A stretch of DNA of 64,000 nucleotides from an uncultured Thermoplasmatales archaeon (GTDB lineage Archaea > Thermoplasmatota > E2 > UBA202 > DSCA01), in NCBI GenBank assembly GCA_964606745.1, contig CAZSHJ010000001.1:18091-82090 (forward strand), in the 5' to 3' direction. Below the pieces are notes generated by a model, which was not told the origin of the DNA, did not search any database, and saw only the letters and a program-made list of their open reading frames with translations. The translations under genes and the position numbers were made by a program. Positions 46,084 to 56,183 of this stretch are shown in pieces (within the stretch, counting starts at the first letter, position 1; each line of letters opens with the position of its first letter).

Positions 46084-47769
46084 TTAAGATGCAGTTATGC
46101 CGAAAAGTTGCAGTATCCACACCATAATTTTTTCCAGCAATGTCTGATGCATCAGAGGCATGCTGACAGGTAGCGGATCCGACCAGTCGCTCTGGGCACC
46201 ATTTTCATCTTTTGCTTTGACCTTTATTTCGTAGTTTCCTGTCTCGGTCCATATGTGGGATGTATTTGCTTCTTCCCCGGAGTTGTACGGCCCCATCCAT
46301 CCGCTGTCTGTTCCATCACCCCAATCAAATAAATAATATATCCGGTCCCCATCTGGGTCGGTGGTGCTGGCCGTATAGGTGTATTCCGTCCTCGATTTTC
46401 CTGAAGTAGTGCCCTCCGGCGCATCCGGTTTTTCGGGGGGCTGTGAATCGCCTGCAATCACAAGCGAAGGGTCACCGAAAGGCTGGGACTCTTCAACCGT
46501 TATATAATCGATTTGATCCATTACGGCGGTTGACATATACGTGGTGAGCGATTTGCTCCACAGCTCGCCAAATGTTTTCGTGCCTTCAATGTAATGCGTA
46601 GATAATTCCAGGCAAAGTTTTTCAACACCCTTGGTCGTGATATTCGTACCACCATAGGAGAGGTCGATATCTGTCCCACCAAGAAATGCGATGGCGCCGC
46701 CATTTGGATTTGTGATAAATGTCCACCCGAAACAATCACTCCTTATATCATATTTGCAGTGATAACATGCATCAGATATTACTACGGGAAGTTTATTTCC
46801 ATTGGAGAGAGTATTGATATGTGAATTTCTATAAAATCCCGGCGGCATCCATACGTTTTCATTTTCATGGGGATGCGTGCCCCACAAATCCATATTACCA
46901 TGGCCGTTGAAAAACACGAAGCCTGCACCATCATCGATTGCATCATTGATATCCGATGCTTGATCAAGTTTTCCATTTGATGCCCAGATTTTAGTTGGTG
47001 AAAAACCATCCATGATATCAAATACCGCTTTTTGGACATACTCGCCTTCGTCTATCTGTTCTCCATCTCCGGGCAGGGAATCCCCTCCGATGGCAACGAT
47101 ATTGGTAAACCAACTTTGCTTGTATGCCTCACCTGTTTCATATGCGATAATTTTGTTAACACATGTGGCAACCTCGTTTTCGTTTATGCATGCAAGCCTG
47201 CCGAGATAGATATCTGGATATAAATTCACTTCATCGGTATTGCCATGCCAGTCATATTCACCGAAGACACCGTTTTCATTGCTATCCCAGCTAGAGAAAC
47301 TTCCATCGCTGTCATAAATATCGGCGTAGTACAAATCAGATAAAAAAACCCATTCATTGGGAGTGGAGTATAAATCAAAATCACCATAATAGATATGCGT
47401 GTATCTGCCGGGAAGCTGTTCTGCCCCGCCAACAAGCAAAACGAATCTTATGCCCCAATTTTCTATTGCATCTTTAATAAAATATTTGATTTTCTCCTGA
47501 TTATCCCGACCTTGTGCCGGAAAATAGGTACCGCTGTATATCTCGTCAATCATCACAAGTTTTGTATATAGTCCCCTGTTATTTTTATGCTCTAACAGGG
47601 GTTGGAGCGCCGAAGAAAATATCTCGGGTGCGATGATAGCCATGTCATACTCTTCATTTTGCGGTAATGAATATTTTGCAGATAAAACAGATTCACTCTC
47701 TGAAAAAGTTGTGTTCATACCTGCAAGCGTTGAGGTACCCAGAAGTATTATACCAATTACAATTGTCAT
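46084..47769 (-). CDS. secreted gingipain-like (C25, clan CD) cysteine peptidase with PKD-like domain and conserved C-terminal tail
   Basis: Signal/anchor MTIVIGIILLGTSTLAG. His motif FFNGHGNMDLWG and Cys motif VVISDACYHCKYD about 45 aa apart. PKD-like module PDAPEGTTSGKSRTEYTYTASTTDPDGDRIYYLFDWGDGT, then tail DPLPVSMPLMHQTLLEKIMVWILQLFGITAS. Confidence 0.7.
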   Translation of the reverse strand: MTIVIGIILLGTSTLAGMNTTFSESESVLSAKYSLPQNEEYDMAIIAPEIFSSALQPLLEHKNNRGLYTKLVMIDEIYSGTYFPAQGRDNQEKIKYFIKDAIENWGIRFVLLVGGAEQLPGRYTHIYYGDFDLYSTPNEWVFLSDLYYADIYDSDGSFSSWDSNENGVFGEYDWHGNTDEVNLYPDIYLGRLACINENEVATCVNKIIAYETGEAYKQSWFTNIVAIGGDSLPGDGEQIDEGEYVQKAVFDIMDGFSPTKIWASNGKLDQASDINDAIDDGAGFVFFNGHGNMDLWGTHPHENENVWMPPGFYRNSHINTLSNGNKLPVVISDACYHCKYDIRSDCFGWTFITNPNGGAIAFLGGTDIDLSYGGTNITTKGVEKLCLELSTHYIEGTKTFGELWSKSLTTYMSTAVMDQIDYITVEESQPFGDPSLVIAGDSQPPEKPDAPEGTTSGKSRTEYTYTASTTDPDGDRIYYLFDWGDGTDSGWMGPYNSGEEANTSHIWTETGNYEIKVKAKDENGAQSDWSDPLPVSMPLMHQTLLEKIMVWILQLFGITAS

Positions 47770-47884
47770 TACAACATTAATCTTAATTTTATCACCTCAA
47801 TTTCTAAACCGATTGGGTGTATTTAAGACCACTTTCAAAAATTTGTGCATAATTACAAAATTTTATACCATTAACAGATAAAAG

Positions 47885-47970
47885 CGCTGAGGGAGGGATT
47901 TGAACCCTCGTGGGACCGAAGCCCCACAGGCTCTCCAGGCCTGCGCCTTTCCGAGCTGGGCTACCTCAGC
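47885..47970 (-). tRNA. tRNA-Ser (anticodon GGA)
   Basis: Acceptor GCTGAGG/CCTCAGC, anticodon stem CAGGC/GCCTG with loop CUGGAGA, long variable arm TGGGGCTTCGGTCCCAC, T-arm GAGGG-TTCAAAT-CCCTC, discriminator G. Confidence 0.8.
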
Positions 47971-47973
47971 ATT

Positions 47974-48975
47974 CTATTTTTTAGTTTTTTTCCACATGGG
48001 CGGATACGTTCCCTTTCTCATGAGTACACGTGTCGTATTAACTGCAATGCCTTTATCTTTTTCCATCATGTCCCTTGTAGATATCATAGCTGTTCCTATT
48101 GCAACGCCCTCACCCTTCAGTGTTTTTACGGCAACTACAGTATCCTTCTTTATTCCGGTGTCGACCTGCAGCACCCCGGGTAGGGTGAGATAAGCCCCGT
48201 GGCATATTGCATCTACGGCAGAGTCCCTCACCACAACATATGGGAGGTGGATAAGTAAATCCTCCATGGGCAGTATAATATTTTTTATTTCCTCATCATC
48301 CTCTTCCTTCCAGAAAACGTAAGCATCAAGTACATCATGAAGCGTGTGGGCATCCTTTTCCTCGAAAACGCCTCCTCTTGTCCGCCTCAACTCATGCATG
48401 TGGGCATCGCATCCAAGCTCCTTTCCGATATCATCACACAAAACCCTTATGTATGTCCCGCCCTCGCATCCCACTTTGAACAGTACATCCCTTCCTTTTA
48501 TTTCGAGAATATCAAGATAATAAATCTCCCGTTCCCTCTCAACCCGCTTAACGGCGGCCTCTTTGGGCGGCGTCTGCCTTATTCTTCCAACAAAATGGCT
48601 GCACACCTCTCTTATTCGCCCCTCGTCCGCATCGCCTTGAAGGCGCATGACAGTCATGTATTCCTTGCCAGCAGAATGAAGCAAGCCTATTGCCCTCGTG
48701 GCATTCAAAAGCGCAACCGGCAGAATGCCCGTAACATTGGGATCAAGCGTTCCTCCGTGCCCTGCCTTCTCCACCCCGAAAATATCCCTTACCCATGCAC
48801 TGACCTGGTGAGAAGTCGGACCTGCCGGCTTGTCGATGATTACAACGCCGTTCTCAATCAACTCCCCAATGCTTCTCTTTGACGGCTCCTTCCCGTAACT
48901 GGGATTTGTCTCAGCCTCTGCCCTTATAAGCCTTCTCCGTTTTTCATGAAGCATTTTCCGATAAATGGGATGCAT
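47974..48975 (-). CDS. truB: tRNA/rRNA pseudouridine synthase Cbf5/TruB family with PUA domain
   Basis: 333 aa. Catalytic GHGGTLDP motif and a C-terminal PUA-like region. Confidence 0.8.
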   Translation of the reverse strand: MHPIYRKMLHEKRRRLIRAEAETNPSYGKEPSKRSIGELIENGVVIIDKPAGPTSHQVSAWVRDIFGVEKAGHGGTLDPNVTGILPVALLNATRAIGLLHSAGKEYMTVMRLQGDADEGRIREVCSHFVGRIRQTPPKEAAVKRVEREREIYYLDILEIKGRDVLFKVGCEGGTYIRVLCDDIGKELGCDAHMHELRRTRGGVFEEKDAHTLHDVLDAYVFWKEEDDEEIKNIILPMEDLLIHLPYVVVRDSAVDAICHGAYLTLPGVLQVDTGIKKDTVVAVKTLKGEGVAIGTAMISTRDMMEKDKGIAVNTTRVLMRKGTYPPMWKKTKK

Positions 48976-49023
48976 GTTATAAATTCTTTGTATGAGAATG
49001 TAAGGCTGCCGTAATCCTGCAGG

Positions 49024-49689
49024 TTATCCGTCCATGGGATACCATCTGCAGTCCTTTTTGTTCATCGGGCATTTGTGTTTTGTTTTGCATGGGGGCCCTG
49101 CATTCTCGAAGATTACCGGGGCAACTTTCCTCACCAATCCAAGCATTTTCCAGGCCAGTGCACGAATTTCCCACTGGGCATGCAGACAGCATCTCAATTC
49201 AAAAAAATTCAAGAGGGAGCGGGCATTCATGGATACCATTATCTTTGTGCACGCCGCATTTGGCAGGACATAACGGGCATCCTCCACAGGCACCTTCTCT
49301 CTAAATTCATCATATATATGCCATAGTTTCCCCATTGTATCTATATATTCCCGCTCCATGCCCGCCGCTTTGATTGAAGGAGGTGTGACGTATTCGATCT
49401 CGCTCTCAACATAACGCTGTGACTGCTGAGAGTATGATGCAATGCGATGTCTTACAAGCTGGTGCGTGAGTGCACGGGAAACACCGGATATTGCGAAGGT
49501 AAAATAGGCATGCTCGATAACGCTTTCGTGCCCCATTTTTATCACATGCCTCAAAATGTTTCCGAGTTGCTTTTCATCGCCCCCCCTCAACTCTTCAATA
49601 CTACTCTTGGAATGGGTAAGTTTTGCAGCCATAGCGGATAACATCTCACCGCCGGGCGTATATGCCAGCAGTTCAACTTTCAAAGTCAC
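49024..49689 (-). CDS. thyX: FAD-dependent thymidylate synthase
   Basis: 221 aa. ThyX signature RHRIASYSQQSQRY (RHR..S....S.RY). Confidence 0.85.
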   Translation of the reverse strand: MTLKVELLAYTPGGEMLSAMAAKLTHSKSSIEELRGGDEKQLGNILRHVIKMGHESVIEHAYFTFAISGVSRALTHQLVRHRIASYSQQSQRYVESEIEYVTPPSIKAAGMEREYIDTMGKLWHIYDEFREKVPVEDARYVLPNAACTKIMVSMNARSLLNFFELRCCLHAQWEIRALAWKMLGLVRKVAPVIFENAGPPCKTKHKCPMNKKDCRWYPMDG

Positions 49690-50597
49690 TCCCTCTCCCT
49701 GATAAGGTCAAGCAGCCCGAACGGTCCGTCTATTCTGGAAAGTTCCTTCTTTTCTATCACCGGGATGCCCTCAATGTTCTTTTTTGATGAAGATTTGATT
49801 AAGAATACAGAATGCCTCTCAACCACTTTGGATATGTTTGACATTATGCGTGCCCTTTCGGCAATCCTTTTGCCACTCACTCCCACCAGAAGCAATTCAT
49901 CCACAAGCTCGGATAAAGCATTGAACGGGGAACGCAATGTCGGCAAAATCGATATGCCCATTGATTCCATCAGCGAAAGCATGTCGTCGTTAATGCTTTT
50001 CCCTATTTCCAGCTCATAATTGTCTATGAAATCAATCATATCAAGGGGTTTCAGAATATCCTCCCCGAGAAACGAATATATCCTTTCCGCCACCTCTACC
50101 GTTGCCCTCTCCCCCCGCTCATACATCCTTATGGTTCTTCTCGATATGCCTGCCGCTCTTGCAAGCTGACCCAGGGAAATGCCTTTTTCCTCCCTCAATT
50201 CCCTTATTTTATCCCCGTCGAGATTTACATAGAATCCTCCCGGGGCAGCGGTCACTATGGGCATTACTCCCCGGAGACATTCATTCAGGGTTTCATAAGT
50301 GATTATAGGGACTCTGTATCTGTAGTATAACGTTTCGTTCTCAAGCGCACCGGAACTTGTCCTATTCCCTATAAGAAGCGGAACGGCCTCGAGATACTTT
50401 GCAAGAAGCAGGATTTCCTTTGCAACATCCTCACTGAGGGCATCTATATTATTGAGCACCTTCACGACAAAAAGAGTGTTATCCCTCCTTGCAACGAAGT
50501 CGAAGCTTGAGGGGCGGATTGTACATGTATCCGAAATATAGAACCCAGCCCGTGCTAACAGGTCTCTTGTATCTGCAAGCAGTTCCTTTTTCATCAA
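49686..50597 (-). CDS. conserved archaeal protein with XRE-type HTH domain, putative transcriptional regulator
   Basis: 303 aa. Central HTH ISLGQLARAAGISRRTIRMYERG. Confidence 0.45.
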   Translation of the reverse strand: MMKKELLADTRDLLARAGFYISDTCTIRPSSFDFVARRDNTLFVVKVLNNIDALSEDVAKEILLLAKYLEAVPLLIGNRTSSGALENETLYYRYRVPIITYETLNECLRGVMPIVTAAPGGFYVNLDGDKIRELREEKGISLGQLARAAGISRRTIRMYERGERATVEVAERIYSFLGEDILKPLDMIDFIDNYELEIGKSINDDMLSLMESMGISILPTLRSPFNALSELVDELLLVGVSGKRIAERARIMSNISKVVERHSVFLIKSSSKKNIEGIPVIEKKELSRIDGPFGLLDLIRERE

Positions 50598-50629
50598 ACT
50601 AAAATACTCCCTTCGTATATAAAAAATTT

Positions 50630-51943
50630 GTGTGGCTTGGAATAGACGACACCGACTCGAGAGACGGTATGTGTACCACCCATCTGGCAGGAGACATAAT
50701 AAGAGAGTTGAATAGGCACGGCATGAATATAATAGGAATGCCCAGGCTTGTGAGACTCAACCCGAATATCCCGTGGAAGACTAGGGGCAACGGGGCAATC
50801 GCCATCCAATTCGGGAGGGGCGGCGGAAAGAAAAAGGAAATCGGATATATCGATGGAAAAAGATACTGTTACAGCAAAAAAATATCTGATGGAAAAGCAA
50901 GTGTCGATGAGATAATGGATGCAATTGATAAATTGGTCAAAAAGAAAGCAATGCTGGATAATGAGCAAACGAACCCTGGTCTTGTAATTTCGAAAAAAAA
51001 GCCGCCGTACCGACTGTACAAAAAAGCCGTCAGAAGCATAGTGACCGTCAACGAGGTGAGAGACATACTGGAGTCAATGAACGCCTCATATATTCCTTAC
51101 AAGAATGGAAGGGGACTCATAGGGGCATCATCGGCAATATCATGGCGTCCATATGACAGAACTTACGAACTTATAACCTACAGAAACGGAGGGAAAAGAT
51201 GGGTCGATAAAGAGTCGGTAAAAAAAATGGATAAGATACTCAAAAAAACTTTTGATAACTATGATTACAGGAACAAACATGTCCAGATAACGCCGAATTC
51301 CCCCTGCCCTATTATGTACGGCATACGGGGGGATGATGAAAACGAGCTGCCGGAAGCCATGAATATTGTAACATCGGGAAAAACAAAAAGATGGCTGCTT
51401 TTCAAAACCAATCAGGGAACCGACGAGCATCTGCAGAGGAAGAAGATAAAAGATGTAAAACCGTATGAATCAGTAATAGTAACAGGAAAAGTCTGCCGGG
51501 TACCCAGAACCATAAAGGGGGGGCATGTTATTTTCTCCATCTGCGACGACAACGAAATAGAATGCGCTGCCTACGAGCCCACCAAAAATTTCAGGATAAA
51601 TGCAATGCATCTCTATATGGGAGATAAAATAACAGTGTACGGGGGGGTGAGGAAAAAACCCATCACCCTCAACATTGAAAAAATGAAAGTACACGAAACG
51701 GTGGAAATAACAGAGAAGAAGGAAAATCCCGTCTGCAAAAGGTGCGGCAAACACATGAAGTCGATAGGAAAGGGGAAGGGATACCGCTGCATTAGATGCG
51801 GTATGACTGCAGAGGAGGGAGATGCTGTTTTTAAAAAAGTGGAAAGAGAGATAAAACCGGGATTCTATGAAGTACCGGTCGTGGCAAGGAGGCATTTGTC
51901 AAAGCCTTTGAAAAGGTTTATGCCGCCTCCAGATAAATATTGA
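50630..51943 (+). CDS. tiaS: tRNA(Ile2) 2-agmatinylcytidine synthetase
   Basis: 437 aa. N-terminal MWLGIDDTDSRDGMCTTHL matches the TiaS kinase-like domain signature. C-terminal zinc ribbon CKRCGKHMKS...CIRCG. Confidence 0.75.
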   Translation: MWLGIDDTDSRDGMCTTHLAGDIIRELNRHGMNIIGMPRLVRLNPNIPWKTRGNGAIAIQFGRGGGKKKEIGYIDGKRYCYSKKISDGKASVDEIMDAIDKLVKKKAMLDNEQTNPGLVISKKKPPYRLYKKAVRSIVTVNEVRDILESMNASYIPYKNGRGLIGASSAISWRPYDRTYELITYRNGGKRWVDKESVKKMDKILKKTFDNYDYRNKHVQITPNSPCPIMYGIRGDDENELPEAMNIVTSGKTKRWLLFKTNQGTDEHLQRKKIKDVKPYESVIVTGKVCRVPRTIKGGHVIFSICDDNEIECAAYEPTKNFRINAMHLYMGDKITVYGGVRKKPITLNIEKMKVHETVEITEKKENPVCKRCGKHMKSIGKGKGYRCIRCGMTAEEGDAVFKKVEREIKPGFYEVPVVARRHLSKPLKRFMPPPDKY

Positions 51944-54014
51944 ATATTGTGCCTTTCTTTTCCCCATTTTCCATTCTGTCTGTCAGTTCTATCAATCCCC
52001 CGCAACCCTCCACCATTTTTCTGACCAGATAAAGACCCAGACCACTTCCCGGGCTTCCCCTCCTCTTTATTCCCGGTCTGAATATCTCCTTTTTTATCTC
52101 ATCGGGTACGCCCTTGCCGTCATCCTCTATCGAAATTCTATGAAAACTCTTTCCATCCTTCTTTTCCTTGCTGAAATATATGGAAATGTTTTTGCAATCA
52201 GAATGAACGATGGCATTATGTATAATATTGGAGAAGATGCTGTCTACCAGTGGACCTACCTTTGCCACGGCACTGGATTTCTTATAATTTATTTTAACCC
52301 CAAAATCCTTGGCTTGCTGTAAATTCGTCTTTATCGCGTTGGACATACTTTCGTTGATGACTATCGGAGAAATATCGGTCCCCCCTTCTGCCACACGCAG
52401 TTCCCTCACCTTTTTGATGAGGTCGGTGCTCGCTTTTACAGCATTTAAAGCATTGGATACAAGACCCGCCTGCTCCGAACCAAGATTTGTGCTATTCAGA
52501 ATTTCAAGGTTTCCCTGCACAACCATATTTCTGTTGGCAATATCATGCCGGAGAAGTGAATTGTAGAAATCCTTCTCTACCTCCGCCTCCACCTTTCCGG
52601 TAATATCTCTGTATACGCCGAAAATTCCTGACTGTTTACCGTCCACAAATACAGGAGCGCTAAGCACCGAGACAGACACCAACGAACCATCCTTTCGCTT
52701 CCTGACAGATTCCAACATTACGGTTTCCCCGCGAGTGACTTTTTTTGTAATGCCCCTTCCCTCATCTTTTTTTTCATCGGGAAGTACAAAGTCATCTATG
52801 TCTTTTCCTTTTATCTCGTCCAGACCATATCCAAATAATTTTGTAAACGAAGGATTTAAATCGATAACCCTGCGATTTTTATCAAGCGATGCAATTGCCT
52901 CGGGGGAACTCTCGAATAATGCATGGAAATATATTTTCTGCCTGTTTAACTCCTCCACGATTTTTTTCCGCTCTGTCACATCCCTGATAGTTATGAAACC
53001 CCCTATTATTCTGTCATTCCATAATATGGGAGAAGTATTTACCTCCGCATCAATTATTTCATCTTCGCGTTTAAGCCCAATTTCGAGACCGGTTACTTTT
53101 TCGCCTTTCATTGTCTTTTTGATTGTTTTTTTAAGGTTGTCTTGGAATGCTTCAGCAACAAAAATTTGAAATTCCTGGCCTATTATCTTTTTGTTGGACA
53201 CCCTCACCATTTCGGAAAAGTGGGAGTTTGCATAATCTATGCCTCCAGAGGAATCAACAATGCATATTCCCTCGCTTGCGGTCTCTGCCAAAATTCGAAA
53301 GTCCACTTCTGCAGCAGTTTCAACCGGCAGCTTGAATTTCAGTATTGCATATGAAAGCGTAAAAGCCATCACCATATCTATGCTTGAGCCCACCGGGAAC
53401 TGGGAAGTATTCATGATGACACTAAAAAATTCGTAACTCACAAAAGAAAGAATACTGGAGACAGGCACTGCAATAAGAACGAAGAGACTCTGGTATTTCT
53501 TTATACCGGCACTTTCACGGTAATACCTGAAGATTAAAAAGGTGGAGAATATTATAAGTACCAAGGCAATCAAGTCATTTACATACAAGAGAGGGCCGTA
53601 CACAGGTTCTATACCAAAGCCCTTGGGTGCCACTCCCTCCACGTAATAGACGGAGAACATGGAAAGCAACAAAAAAATTGTAGGACCGTACACCAAAGGC
53701 AGCCATATTCTGGTTTTTAGATAGCCGGTATATAATACGGTAAAATGAAAGATAAGAGGAGCAATGAGTATTAATCCTGCAGCACCAATTTTTGCCAGCA
53801 GCAAGGCATAAGAGTTGTTCTCCCCTATAACATTTATCAAAAGGATGCTGATATTCCATAAGAATATGTCAAGACAAAATACCGATAGTACAGTCACATA
53901 CGGCTTCCTTGGCTTTTTTATAAGCAAGTAAAAAATAATGGATGGCAACGAGATAATAGCCACTATAGATGGTACAAGATATATCAATTCCGTCATTTTA
54001 GAGATAAACATCAC
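51918..54014 (-). CDS. sensor histidine kinase with N-terminal multi-TM sensor region and PAS domains
   Basis: 698 aa. Six or seven TM helices, at least two PAS-like segments, an H-box FYNSLLRHDIANRNMVVQGN and a C-terminal HATPase (GSGLGLYLVRK). Confidence 0.8.
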   Translation of the reverse strand: MMFISKMTELIYLVPSIVAIISLPSIIFYLLIKKPRKPYVTVLSVFCLDIFLWNISILLINVIGENNSYALLLAKIGAAGLILIAPLIFHFTVLYTGYLKTRIWLPLVYGPTIFLLLSMFSVYYVEGVAPKGFGIEPVYGPLLYVNDLIALVLIIFSTFLIFRYYRESAGIKKYQSLFVLIAVPVSSILSFVSYEFFSVIMNTSQFPVGSSIDMVMAFTLSYAILKFKLPVETAAEVDFRILAETASEGICIVDSSGGIDYANSHFSEMVRVSNKKIIGQEFQIFVAEAFQDNLKKTIKKTMKGEKVTGLEIGLKREDEIIDAEVNTSPILWNDRIIGGFITIRDVTERKKIVEELNRQKIYFHALFESSPEAIASLDKNRRVIDLNPSFTKLFGYGLDEIKGKDIDDFVLPDEKKDEGRGITKKVTRGETVMLESVRKRKDGSLVSVSVLSAPVFVDGKQSGIFGVYRDITGKVEAEVEKDFYNSLLRHDIANRNMVVQGNLEILNSTNLGSEQAGLVSNALNAVKASTDLIKKVRELRVAEGGTDISPIVINESMSNAIKTNLQQAKDFGVKINYKKSSAVAKVGPLVDSIFSNIIHNAIVHSDCKNISIYFSKEKKDGKSFHRISIEDDGKGVPDEIKKEIFRPGIKRRGSPGSGLGLYLVRKMVEGCGGLIELTDRMENGEKKGTIFNIYLEAA

Positions 54015-54265
54015 TTAATTGATATAATAAACTTTATATTTTTTTCAACAGGGTGACATGCGACATAGTAGGGTACAAAAAATCGATAGTTTTATATACG
54101 AAATTAACATTATCAATATGATAGCAAAAAGATAGCAAACTGGGGGGAGGACAAATTAGCTCTCTACTCCAGGTGGTTGAAATGCCGCCTCTCCCCCCGC
54201 CCCTTTCAAAATTTTTTATCAAGGATTATTAACAAGCCTACCCAGTGTGTATAAATTAAAATAGA

Positions 54266-54384
54266 GGCCCGAGCCGGGATTTTCAAGAGGATGCGAGAGA
54301 TTAAAAAATCCGCTGGCATTTCCTCTTTTGAACCCGAGACAAGGGATCCACAGTCCCTTATGTTACCGCTACACCACCCGGGCC
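54266..54384 (-). tRNA. tRNA-His (anticodon GUG) with a 47-nt intron in the T-loop and encoded G-1
   Basis: G-1 plus acceptor GCCCGGG/CTCGGGC, discriminator C. Anticodon stem AGGGA/TCCCT with loop CUGUGGA. T-stem TCGGG/CCCGG is separated by 54 nt: TTCAAA [47 nt: AGAGGAAATGCCAGCGGATTTTTTAATCTCTCGCATCCTCTTGAAAA] T. Confidence 0.7.
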
Positions 54385-54420
54385 ATAATAGGGAATGGAG
54401 ATTCCTATTTTATATTTTGG

Positions 54421-55323
54421 CTAGAATACAACTGACTTAGCCAGAAGGAATAGGACAAGGAGGAAAACCCACTCACCATCCAAAAGGATGCCATAATGCG
54501 TCTTCGGTATCTCTGCTCTCCTTGAAAAATAGAGAATATAAAAGTAGCCATATAGCATGCAAAAAACAAAAACAGGTATATACAGAACAAAAATAGAATT
54601 ATAGAAAGCAAATAAAATCCAGGGTATCAACAGGGTGTTCATTGCAATAAGTAATATTCTCGTGTTCTTCAACCCCAATTTAACAGGTATTGTTTTCACC
54701 CCTGCCCCCACATCCCCCTCCATATCCCTAACATCAAACAGGACAGTATTTATCATTCCCTTTACAAAAATAAACAGGAATATCATGGCAACAAACAACC
54801 CGTTGAAATGAAAAACTGCCGGCAGGAGCGAAGCTTCCATTGCCCATGAAAGCGACACTGTAACATTCTTGCCTATGAAATAATCCTTGAGACGAAAATC
54901 TCGTATTCTTGCACTGTAAAATATACCGAAAGAAAGCGGGATTAACAACACGATAATGCTGAGCGGGCTTGTCATACTCCCGAACAACAAAGCTGCAATG
55001 TAGGATAATATGGCTATGAGAATCAAACCATTTCTCCCACTCACATAGTATTTTTCCCTCTCTGGAAAGTTCAGAGAATCTTCTTTTTTATCTGTCAACA
55101 GATTGAGATTATAAATACCAAATGTCACCAGAAAAGCACTGATAAGACACACATTGATATCAACACCGTAAAGTAAAAAGGTGATGAAAGCCACAGAAAA
55201 ACCACTTAATGCTACGTTTATAGGTGAAAATAACAGCAGCGAAATGAATTTTCTGAGACAAGCAGCACTATATTCAGGTATCGCCCAGTTCCAGCTTCCT
55301 CGCCCGGCTCTTATAATATTCAA
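54421..55323 (-). CDS. UbiA-family prenyltransferase
   Basis: 300 aa, 8-9 TM helices. Asp-rich motifs NLLTDKKEDSLN and FDVRDMEGD. Confidence 0.7.
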   Translation of the reverse strand: MNIIRAGRGSWNWAIPEYSAACLRKFISLLLFSPINVALSGFSVAFITFLLYGVDINVCLISAFLVTFGIYNLNLLTDKKEDSLNFPEREKYYVSGRNGLILIAILSYIAALLFGSMTSPLSIIVLLIPLSFGIFYSARIRDFRLKDYFIGKNVTVSLSWAMEASLLPAVFHFNGLFVAMIFLFIFVKGMINTVLFDVRDMEGDVGAGVKTIPVKLGLKNTRILLIAMNTLLIPWILFAFYNSIFVLYIPVFVFCMLYGYFYILYFSRRAEIPKTHYGILLDGEWVFLLVLFLLAKSVVF

Positions 55324-56095
55324 ATAGCTCTCTACCCCAATTTATCGCCCCTTTCTCTCTACTCACTAAATCGTGAGAAGCATCATATATCCCATCCAGT
55401 CCAAATAGCCCCAATGAAAATACGGAATTGGTGACCGTGAATGCCACCCCGATATCTTCATTAATTTTCCAGATGGAAATATCTTTGTTTTCCATTATTC
55501 CCTCAAACCCTTTCCTATCTTTATCAATAAGTTCCGCTAGAACGTCTTCCGTCAACACCAGATTTACTTTTGCCCCACCCTTCAACAATTTTTTTATTAA
55601 GGAGACAAAAGCGTCCACGAATATTGGTGAAACACCGAAAAATTCCCTTGCCTTTCTTGTAAGTTCCATGTAAATAGTCAGGGTTTTGAATACATCTCTA
55701 ACGCCGGATGTAAATATCTTATAATCCTTGATCTCACCAATCCTGCCCAGAAACTCCTCTGGAATGCCCTGTATATCATGTGTAAGCCAGAAACCTTCAT
55801 CCTTTCTAATGACTGCCAGGGTTCCTATCGTGTCTGATAACTTTGAACAGATAATATTTCCTATAGATGTAAGATGATATCCATCCTCCTTCTCTACCAG
55901 CATCTGTTCTCTTTCCAAATCTCTTGCAGCATGTATGACAGTCGATGAGCTAACCCCTATCTCATCGCGCAGTTGCCCTGATGTCTTACATCCTTCCCCT
56001 ATACTCAGCATCACCTTCACCCTCACATTCGAAGAAGTTATGAGCTTCAGGAGGTCGCCCGCTTCCTCATACATGGAATATTCCTTCCTCCCCAT
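55274..56095 (-). CDS. winged-helix transcriptional regulator, archaeal DUF1724 type
   Basis: Start taken at MGRKEYS. The track ORF extends 53 codons further and would overlap the upstream kinase gene. N-terminal wHTH (KTSGQLRDEIGVSSSTVIHAARDLE) plus the long C-terminal domain typical of DUF1724 regulators. Confidence 0.55.
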   Translation of the reverse strand: MGRKEYSMYEEAGDLLKLITSSNVRVKVMLSIGEGCKTSGQLRDEIGVSSSTVIHAARDLEREQMLVEKEDGYHLTSIGNIICSKLSDTIGTLAVIRKDEGFWLTHDIQGIPEEFLGRIGEIKDYKIFTSGVRDVFKTLTIYMELTRKAREFFGVSPIFVDAFVSLIKKLLKGGAKVNLVLTEDVLAELIDKDRKGFEGIMENKDISIWKINEDIGVAFTVTNSVFSLGLFGLDGIYDASHDLVSREKGAINWGRELFEYYKSRARKLELGDT

Positions 56096-56183
56096 ATACT
56101 TCAATATTGCTTTCTGGTATTTATAATATTCGAAGCTGTATATATTGCTAACGATTGACAAAATTGTCCTGAGAGAACAACCG

